Part shown: positions 42,660-51,866 of the stretch, in pieces
How the letters are laid out: every line of letters begins with the position of its first letter
How positions within the stretch are numbered: position 1 is the first letter of the stretch
NCBI RefSeq assembly: GCF_006345805.1
Contig: NC_042999.1
Location: 88,784,001 to 88,848,000, forward strand
Length of the DNA: 64,000 nt
Direction of reading: 5' to 3'
Source: Octopus sinensis
Lineage: Eukaryota
Translations under genes and position numbers: made by a program
The notes under the pieces: generated by a model
Seen by the model: only the letters and a program-made list of their open reading frames with translations
Told to the model about the DNA's origin: nothing
The model's database searches: none

Positions 42660-43324
42660 ATATATACACGTCCCCGTAGCTTAGCGTTTTGGAAAAAGAA
42701 ACCGATAGAATAAGTGCTAGAGTTCCAAAGAGTAAGTCCTGGTGTCGATTTCTATAACTAAAAAACCTTCAAACTCTGCTTGTTCTTTCACCTGTCTTCG
42801 TCGTTTGTTTTCTGTAAATTTGAACTACACACACACACGCGCGCGCGCGCACACACACACACACACACTCACACACGCACACATACACACGCACACACAT
42901 ATATATATAGGTAAAAGATTAATGAGTGCGTGCGTTACATAAATAATATCTTCAGGATTAAATAAAAAGACAACAAACGGAAAATATGACATATCTATAT
43001 ATATATACAATTAAAAATAAACGTATTGTAAATAAACAAACAAACACATACTAAATGCACAGGCGAACAGAAAACACACAAGGTCACAAATTCTTCATCA
43101 GTTATCAGCAAGAGGAGTCAAACGCAATTTCGGGCATTATCGATACTATTGTTTCTTTCGCTGTTCGCAAAAAAGTTCGTATTCCATATTTTCGTATTTC
43201 GGATTTCCTGTTGTTTACCTTCTGTGACGTCCTGAACCCATATATGCATATGTATATACATATATATGTAAGTATATACATACACACATACATACATACA
43301 TACATACATACATACATACATACA

Positions 43325-43377
<53 letters not shown>

Positions 43378-43603
43378 GACATTATCTATAAACATTACAA
43401 TTGTTTCGAGACATTTTTACACTTGTTCATTGGTGAGATGTTGTGTAATCATTATCACCAATTCAAGGTGTGAAATGCGCCTTCTTTGAGTAAGACTTTA
43501 TACGAGCTTTATATAGCATACCACAAGGGTTTTACCCGTATATTTACTCGCGTATGTGTGTATATGTATAAAAGCGGAGCAAGAGTACACACGAAGACAG
43601 AAA

Positions 43604-43650
43604 GTGTCGCTGAAGAGTTCACAGAGGTGTGACGAAAGATTTCCGGACGA
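43604..43650 (+). ncRNA. Candidate minimal hammerhead motif
   Basis: GUGUCG-CUGAAGA-GUUCACA(GAGG)UGUGAC-GAAA-GAUU-UC-CGGACG: full core and good stem II, weak stems I and III. Confidence 0.35.
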
Positions 43651-43903
43651 TAAACATAAATTAGAATAAGAACAGTAATAAATGAGTGAAAAGGGAATTA
43701 TATAGTGCGCCTGTTTATTTGGCAAAAAGAGGGAAAAAATAACTATCTCGAAATACAACAATATCTGTTTCAACGCACAGTTTCACATCAAGAATCTTGC
43801 AGCACACATATATAAAAGGATATATTTACAGAAAACAACAAAAGACGAAGACAGGTGCAGGAATAACAAGCAGATGCATTAGTTTGACTGAATATATATA
43901 GAG

Positions 43904-44004
43904 AATACCAAACGAGTTCCCTATGGATACCGTATTTATTACAACGAGTGGCTTGTAAACGAGTTGTAATAAATACGGTATCCATAGGGAATGAGTTTGG
44001 TATT
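43904..44004. repeat. 101-bp near-perfect hairpin (29-bp perfect stem, 10-bp outer stem, 17-nt loop)
   Basis: 43917-43945 is the exact reverse complement of 43963-43991; 43904-43913 pairs with 43995-44004. Confidence 0.95.
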
Positions 44005-44099
44005 TTATTTATTACACACGAATAAACGACCATATTTTATTAACCCAATAACTAAATTCTTCACGTTTAGTTGTAACTTATGAATGACAAAAGTAGTGC

Positions 44100-44145
44100 C
44101 GTCAGCGTGACGTCGGGTCATCACCATGGATTGACCAATCAGAAG
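44100..44145. promoter_or_regulatory. Promoter-like motif cluster (CRE-like TGACGTC, CCAAT box)
   Basis: TGACGTC at 44108-44114 and GACCAATCAG around 44133-44142, in CpG-retaining non-repeat sequence. Confidence 0.4.
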
Positions 44146-44195
44146 CAGCGCTCGCAGTATCTGACATATGTTAGATACCAAAAATATCTCAAAGT

Positions 44196-44764
44196 TGTAG
44201 TGATCCTATACAACGGCGCGCGCTCGCGCACCGTCCATTTGTATTTCGCGCGTGCGGGGTTGGTGCTTTCACCACCGGAAGAAGAACCCTTTTGCCTACG
44301 TAGCAGTTAGCCGAGGCAAGGAGATCGTAAGACGTTGACCACCAGCGTCCAGCAAGCCGCGACTTGAGACAGCAGCGACTGAAGGCGACGGTCACGTATA
44401 TTTTCTCTCCGTCCGGACTTGATTCTAGCAGCACCTTACCAAAAGGCCTTTAACCAAATTGTTGCAAACCAACATCGTCTCCATTGTTCGCCGCCATCTT
44501 TGACCAGTGTCGTGTTGCATTTGAACACTTTCTTATTTTACAGAGATAAGGTTCAGCACGACACATTTATACCAAAGGGATACCAGATAACCACTTATTG
44601 TTACTGTTACCACATTAGAGAATAAAGTAGTATATATATTATTTACGTCTGCGTCTTGTTGTTTCTGACTGGTAGAATTCTGGATTATTAAAGCAACGGC
44701 TAGTGATTGCCTTTTGTACCCCGAAAGTACAAGAGAAGATATATTCACACTAAAGTTTGTTACA
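44196..44764 (+). repeat. 5' LTR
   Basis: TGTAGTG...GTTACA; AATAAA at 44621; YY1-like GCCATCTT at ~44493-44500. Confidence 0.93.
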
Positions 44765-44765
44765 G

Positions 44766-44785
44766 TGGTGACCCCCGACGTGATT
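44766..44785 (+). other. Primer-binding site complementary to the tRNA-Trp 3' end
   Basis: TGGTGACCCCCGACGTGATT versus the reverse complement of the metazoan tRNA-Trp 3' end (..AATCACGTCGGGGTCACCA); one extra C. Confidence 0.88.
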
Positions 44786-46275
44786 CTGGTCTAAAACCAG
44801 AGATCACTGAACAACAAAAGAAAATCCAGTTTTTCTGCGAAGTCGGAACACGATTTAACTCTACGCAGTCATCATCTTTCGTCGATTTGTTTCTGGCCAC
44901 CACAAACAGTTGTAGAAGGAGCCTCTTTCTTATTCTACAGCCATGATGACGAACGCCATCATATCAACGATGCCTTTTCTCCACCTTCGTCATCGCCATC
45001 GTCGTTATCTTCGTCGCCATCATCACTAAGAACGATGTTGTCTCAAGTCCACTACAGTCGCCACCACCACCGTCGCCTTTCCACACCGTCGACCAAGATG
45101 TACATAGCAACTCGCGGAACTTTAGCCAACATGCCGTTTGTGCATTAGCACACCAAGAATTAACAGCCCAGTCTATCCGCGAGATTCTTCTGTAACGATT
45201 TAACCTGTCACAGCATCGAAGCTACAACCGCTACACATTGTGTTCAACCGGCATCTGCATTTTGTGATTTCAACATTTCTGTTACAGAACGAACTGCTAT
45301 TGTGCATCAGGCTATTACAGACTGGTAAATTAACTTTTGTCTGAGATAGCCATGAGAGACATTTTTCTATGCGCTGTATTTATTTTTTTGCTCGCATTCC
45401 ACCTTGTATGTATTTTTGTCGCACACACGTACACACACATAAATGCTATCTCTCACATACATACGTCACACATGCTTTTCTCGCTTGTTTTTACCATGCT
45501 AAATTTGCCTTCGTGGACACACCTCATTTCTATAGACCCTAGGGGTCACGTATACATAGAGAGGGTTGTTTGTCCATTATAACGCGCCGGCATGCCATAC
45601 CTTTGTTCCTGTACGAACGAGGCATATAATCGCTCAACAACTGGCATATTCATTGCTGTTTTTCGGTCTGGCAAGCTCTATTTCATTTCATGCGCCTTTG
45701 CTTCGCACGTGTATTGCCTTGTTTTTTGCAACACGTTTGCGTTAGCTTAATTCTTTTCCCGACTCATAGAATGTCGGATGTTCACATGCGCTGCGCCTAT
45801 GTATGGGCGTAATTATTTTTCCTGTTAGACTCCTGTTGGTCACGTAATTAACAGAGAAAATTATCTGTGTCGCGCATCACACCAGCATGCTTGCACTTTT
45901 GCCTTTTGTGTTACTAGCGAGCTTCTGTCAATTCCATTTCCTCTCCTGCAGCAATTGATTTAACTGCTATTTTGCAGGATCAACCACCTTTAGAGGAGTT
46001 GGATTTAATTTCGCCTAGGTTCATTGACTGTGAGTTTTGCTTTCCCTCCGCTCCTTTCAGCGGAAGGGTTTATACTTTGTGACGTATACACTTTCATGCA
46101 TGCACTTTTGAATTTTGCTCATTTTGAGTATTTTTTCCTTTAGTAAATTTCTTGTGCATGATGTAAATTTTGCCATTTTATTATATTGTGTGCTATTTGG
46201 TTATCTGGTGTCCACCTTGAGTTTATAGTCACTACAGGGAATTTTGTGTCGTGCTTACGCACTGGGGTGGAGCTC

Positions 46276-46844
46276 TGTAGTGATCCTATACAACGGCGCG
46301 CGCTCGCGCACCGTCCATTTGTATTTCGCGCGTGCGGGGTTGGTGCTTTCACCACCGGAAGAAGAACCCTTTTGCCTACGTAGCAGTTAGCCGAGGCAAG
46401 GGGATCGTAAGACGTTGACCACCAGCGTCCAGCAAGCAGCGACTTGAGACAGCAGCGACTGAAGGCGACGGTCACGTATATTTTCTCTCCGTCCGGACTT
46501 GATTCTAGCAGCACCTTACCAAAAGGCCTTTAACCAAATTGTTGCAAACCAACATCGTCTCCATTGCTCGCCGCCATCTTTGACCAGTGTCGTGTTGCAT
46601 TTGAACACTTTCTTATTTTACAGAGATAAGGTTCAGCACGACACATTTATACCAAAGGGATACCAGATAACCACTTATTGTTACTGTTACCACATTAGAG
46701 AATAAAGTAGTATATATATTATTTACGTCTGCGTCTTGTTGTTTCTGACTGGTAGAATTCTGGATTATTAAAGCAACGGCTAGTGATTGCCTCTTGTACC
46801 CCGAAAGTACAAGAGAAGATATATTCACACTAAAGTTTGTTACA
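46276..46844 (+). repeat. 3' LTR, preceded by polypurine-tract-like GGGGTGGAG at 46264-46272
   Basis: Copy of 44196-44764 at offset 2080; 4 substitutions seen by eye. Confidence 0.93.
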
Positions 46845-46869
46845 AAGTGTTCTCACTCACATGTGTGTA

Positions 46870-46910
<41 letters not shown>

Positions 46911-47114
46911 AAATTAGAAAATGGAGAAACATACTTAAATCAATCAAACATCAACCAACAGATGATACCCAATCAATACTTTATTACACCATTACATAAC
47001 AGTAAAGGCATTATACAAAATATATTGTAAATATAATTAGACAAGGAAATAGAAATATAAAATATAAAATATAATATGTTATCCCATGGTGGGTTGAATT
47101 TTCAACCCCTATCT

Positions 47115-47200
<86 letters not shown>

Positions 47201-47244
47201 TTAGTGTAGGAAGAAACGAAGATTTAACAAAATTCCTTTTTATT

Positions 47245-47330
47245 ATTTTCTACATATGTTTCAAAGGCTGCAAAGTCCCTAATTCGGATTGAATAAGGAG
47301 TCCATTTTGCAGCCTTCTCTTCAGGAAAAT
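47245..47330 (-). ncRNA. Type I minimal hammerhead ribozyme (Penelope-type), nearly intact
   Basis: AUUUUC-CUGAAGA-G-AAGGCUGCAAA(loop)UUUGCAGCCUU-U-GAAA-C-AUAU-G-UA/GAAAAU, followed by AAUAAA. Confidence 0.75.
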
Positions 47331-47713
47331 CCAGGAACTTAATTCTCCAACAAAATGCACAGCAAGCTTTTCACAAACGCTCACGAGGAGCCCATGCAAT
47401 AAATGGCACAAACTGTCTATCTATATGCGTTGACGCCAGGCTGGGTGAAAGCAGACGAGAATGTCCGTTAAGATAGTTCAAGGTCAGAATCCGGTTAGGA
47501 GAAGGTGGGTACAGGAAAATCAAAGAGTGTGAATGTATTCTGTATGACTGGTGTTTATATTTGAATTATTTTAAGAATGAGTGCTAGAGTGTTTGAGTGT
47601 GAGAAATTGCTTTCATGTATGTGTGTGTGCGTCTATGTATGTGTGGCAGTGTGTTTCGAAGGCAGCAAGAGAGAGATATATAGCAGGTATTAATGGTCAA
47701 GCAACAGAAAAGA

Positions 47714-47745
<32 letters not shown>

Positions 47746-47749
<4 letters not shown>

Positions 47750-47927
47750 TAGAAAAAAAACACCTTTTATCAATTCATGATATATACGATTTATTTATTA
47801 TTTTGCACATTACTTAATCATCGGTATATTATTATTTTATATTTAATATTTCTATTATATGTAATTTTCTAGATGATGTAATTTAATTGTTCATTTTGAA
47901 TTGATAAAAGGTGGTTTTTTCTAATTT
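47746..47927. mobile_element. Short element with ~31-bp terminal inverted repeats adjoining (TA)n (MITE-like or inverted Penelope ends)
   Basis: AAATTAGAAAAAAAACACCTTTTATCAATTCA (47746-47777) versus TGAATTGATAAAAGGTGGTTTTTTCTAATTT (47897-47927). Confidence 0.65.
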
Positions 47928-48297
47928 TATATTTCTTCGTGAAAGTCCGTTCGTCGCTATTTTTCGCGACCTTTTCAATAGCTTGTCCTTTCTCTTCAAC
48001 GTCTGCCCTGAAATTTGGCCGCGAATTAATTTTATGCCTGCGTGCATGCATGCCTTTCTATGTCTGTGTAGATGTGTGTTTGCTTAGAAGAATAAGGGTG
48101 AGAGGAAAGGAGATTATGTGCGTGCGTGCGAGTGTGTATGTGTGTGTGTGCGTGCGTATGTGTGTGGTTGTGTGTACACTCGTGTGACTACTTGCATGTG
48201 TATGTGTACGTGTGTGTTAGTGTGTGTGTAGCCATCCATGACTAGGTATGTGTATGTATAACTGTGTCTATATACGCACATAGATTTATATGCAAGA

Positions 48298-48521
48298 GGC
48301 GGCGAGCTGGCAGAAGCGTTAGCACGCCGGGCGAAATGCTTAGCAGTATTTCGTCTACGTTCTGAGTTCAAATTCCACCGAGGTCGACTTTGCCTTTCAT
48401 CCTCTCGGGGTCGATAAATAAAGTACCAGTTTCGCACTGGGTCGATGTAATCGACTTAATCCGTTTGTCTGTCCTTGTTTGTCCCCTCTATGTTTAGCCC
48501 CTTGTGGTAGCAAAAGAAATA
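48298..48521 (+). mobile_element. Near-intact tRNA-derived SINE (Meta/MESC-like body, tentative) with LINE-derived tail
   Basis: GGCGGCGAGCTGGCAGAA.CGTTAGC head, GAGTTCAAATTCC B-box, TTGCCTTTCATCCTCTCGGGGTCGATAAA..AAGTACCAG body, tail GTCCCCTCTATGTTTAGCCCCTTGTGG..AAAGAAATA. Confidence 0.85.
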
Positions 48522-49184
48522 TATATCATGTATATATGTGAATAGAAGCAGGCGTGACTGTGTTGTAAGCTGTTCCGGGTTCAGTCCAGCTGCGTGGCAC
48601 TTTGAGCGGGTGTTTCTACTATAGCCCTGGGTCGACTAAACCCTTGTGAGTAGATTTGGTTGACGGAATCTGAAAAAGCTTGTCATATATGTGTTTATCA
48701 ATATCTAGCAGAAGCAACAGAGTGACTCGGGGGGCGAGAGTTTCGTTCATTGACACTTGTCAAACTACACACAGACGCACACAACACACACACACACACA
48801 CACACACATACATATGCATGAGTGGCCGTGTGGTAAGTAGCCTGCTTACCAACTACATGGTTCTGGGTTCAGCCCCATTACGCGACGCCTTGGTCTTCTA
48901 CTAGAGCCTCAGGCCAACCAAAGCCTTGTGGGTGAATTTGGTAGACGGATACTGTGTGTGTGTTTGTGTTTGTCCCCCCGATGGTGGCATGTATATACAT
49001 AATATTATTGTTCTTTCTTGCGAAATATATAGAATTACTTTAAAGAAGTGTTCGGGTCGAACCAAGTAAAAGAATAAAAGAAAGAAAAGAAAGAATATAT
49101 ATATATATATATATGTACATTTTTACTTTTATATACATATTTATATTTATTGCATATCTTTTACTTTTTTATATTTATATATAA

Positions 49185-50470
49185 CTAGCAGAGATACCCG
49201 GCGTTACCCGATTACATTCAATTGGAGAATTAGATTTTTCTGTTATATCTTCTGTGATGAACTGGAATATCTATGTTTCGAATTTCATCAAAATTGCAGA
49301 TGAGGGTTATTTCAATCTTTACACACCCTAAAAAATTGTAATCGTGCCACATGTATCCCATAATCCTGATTTTTATGCGCATATTCCAAAATTCCAGTCT
49401 TATTTAACTTGTTAAAAAGATTTTGTTCCTGAAAAATGAAGGTCATGGAGCTCTAAAATGTGAGAGTTAAGGCCCCTGTTGGGGGTGGGCATCTTAATGT
49501 CAACCAGAGAAGTTGAATTGTTGAAAATCTTTTTAACTTGGGTCTTATATCTATTGTTTGAATTTCTTTGAAATAGGAAATATATGTTCACTGGGTTTGT
49601 AAAAGAGAGCAAAGCTACAGGAAATCAAAAGACGAATGATCACAATAAGCAGTCAGTTACCTTACCCTAGTCGTTACCACTCCTAATGTAGGATTCCTCA
49701 CCATCCAGGTGACAGGCACAGCCGTAAGATGCATCACAAATCTATAGCAATTTGAAGGGCGTGACCCAACTGAAATCAACATTAACAACTGTTTGACGTG
49801 AGAGCTAAGGAGAAATGAAAGTGTCACCTCTGTAGTTTGCAAATGACCACTATACTGATATGTAACTGGACAGAATAAATTTAAAATCTATAAATGTCTT
49901 CGAATAACCAGTCACTCATCTGGGAAGGCCTTGAAATCAATGTTACCATCTGGGGACTATGTGTGACCGAGTGATAATAAAAAGACTGAAAGGAGGTCTG
50001 CAATCAAATAAATTTTACTCTACACTTTGCAACTGAATCAGTGGAGGCAAAGATGCCTCTCATTTACTTGACAATTTATGCAGTGTGTATGTCAAAGCAA
50101 ACTGTTACACTGTTGTACCATTGAATTACAAATAATGCTCATCTTTTATGCTCGGGTAACCCTACAGCTTCCAAGAGCACAACTGTATTCATTTTTGCTT
50201 AGATAAAATGACAAAATTGTAGTTAAGTCCCCATGTAGGGGTCTTTCTAACTTTGTAAGATGAAATTTTATAGATATTACTTCATTTGTGTCTAATGTCT
50301 ATGGTTAAAATTTCATCAACAGCAAAAATATATGAATTGTCATGGGTGTTATGGCCCTTATACATAGAATATAATTTCCAAATTTCATAAAGATCCATTC
50401 AGTACTTTTGACCAAGTTTTGGATCATAAAAGAAATTACTAAAATTTGGGATTTAAGGCTCCCATTAGGG

Positions 50471-50503
<33 letters not shown>
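49185..50503 (-). mobile_element. Non-autonomous Helitron, ~1.3 kb
   Basis: Minus strand starts A|TCTATATA..TATAAAAC at 50503 and ends CGGGTAACGCCGGGTATCTCTGCTAG|T at 49185. Confidence 0.75.
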
Positions 50504-50796
50504 TACACACACACATGCACACATACAAAGATAAATTGATAGATACAACTGAGTGAGCAAACAAAAATATGAGACACAGCCTAGTGCTTTTTTATGTTGA
50601 TAAGCCTAGTACTTACTCTATTAGTTTGTTCTTGTGAAACCAGTAAGTTATGTGGATGTAAATAAGTGAACAGCAGTTGTGAAGCAGTGATGAGGGCGAA
50701 ACACAGGGACAAAGACACACACATACACTTACATATATACATACATATATATACGATTTATTTGTTACAGTTCCTGTCTACGAAATCCATATATAT

Positions 50797-51866
50797 TGTT
50801 GTTGGCATCCTTTTTGTCTCGGGAGACAATGGAGTTGCGCATAAAATAATCTTGTCCGGCTTTTACATTTCATGTCCTAATACATCTCTTGCTGTGGCTG
50901 TGTAGTCCTATCCGGGACAAACACTCCCTCTGGCAGGTGCCGTAAATGTAGCGAAGACTTTGCCTGACTGGTTTTAATGTCATAGTTTCTTGTTGACGTC
51001 TTTTCTTGTCTTTCCATTTCTCCTTTCTCACTGTGTCACTCCTTTGTGTTCCCTCTTTCACGGTACGTCGCCAATCTCCACGGTTGCTGGCAACTGCTTC
51101 CCAGTTGGTAATATTGATGTTGCAGACATTCATGTCCCTTTTGCAAACATCCTTGTATCGTAAGAACGGTCTTCCCACAGACCTAGTGCCCCTAGCAAGC
51201 TCTCCGTTGAGTATGTCCTTGGGGATTCTGCCATCTTCCATACGGCTAACATGTCCAAGCCATCTCATACGTCTTTGTGTGAAGAGTGCAAACATGCTTG
51301 GTATTCCTGCTTGCTTGAGGACATCTTTGTTGGGGACATGATTCTGCCATTTGATGCGATGGATTTTCCGGAGACAGCGCAGGTGAAAGATATTTAGGCG
51401 ACGTATGGCGTCGTATGGCGTGTGTATGGCGTCAAAGTCATACAGTAGAGTGCTAAGTACACATGCCTGGTAAATCTTCATTTTTGTGGTCTTGGTCAGC
51501 TTATTGTTGTCCCATGCGCGTTTGGTGAGTTGGGCCATCACAGCAGCTGCCTTGCCAATGCGTATATTGAGCTCAGCATCAAGGGATAGGTTGTAGGTGA
51601 CGGTAGAGCCAAGATAGGTAAACTTCTCCACCTCCTATACTCTGTGGTCTCCAATATGTATGTTTGGGATGTCCGATGTAGCCTGACACATGATGTTGGT
51701 CTTCTTGAGGCTGATAACTAAGCCAAAGTTGCCAAATGCTTGCTCAAAACACTTGATGAGCCTTCGTAGGGCTTCTTCTGTGTGTGATACCAGAGCGGCA
51801 TCATCAGCAAATAGCATCTCCTTGATCAGGATGCTTCTGAAATTTTGGTCTTGGCACGCAGACGCG
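50797..51866 (-). mobile_element. 5'-truncated RTE (BovB-like) LINE
   Basis: RLRAKTK..MLFADDAAL..KKT..FTYLGS..RWLGHVSRMEDGRIPKDIL.GEL..C..C..R.CLSRIGLHSH; 3' UTR CCATTGTCTCCCGAGAC..GATGCC with (AAC)n tail; one in-frame stop near 51635. Confidence 0.93.

Larger units (their letters stand above)
44196..46844 (+). mobile_element. Complete non-autonomous LTR retrotransposon (Gypsy-type signals), 2649 bp
   Basis: Two 569-bp direct repeats with TGT...ACA ends; 4-bp TSD AAGT (44192-44195 / 46845-46848); PBS and PPT present; no gag/pol ORF in the 1.5-kb interior. Confidence 0.93.

Noticed and set aside
44196-44764. Retrozyme (hammerhead within the LTR)
   Set aside because: No CUGANGA..GAAA core found on either strand of the LTR; the CTCTTGTAC/GTACAAGAG hairpin near the LTR end lacks the core.
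44196-46844. Duplicated host promoter/first exon (METMLVCNNLVKGLL)
   Set aside because: TG..CA ends, PBS, PPT and TSD identify the two copies as LTRs.
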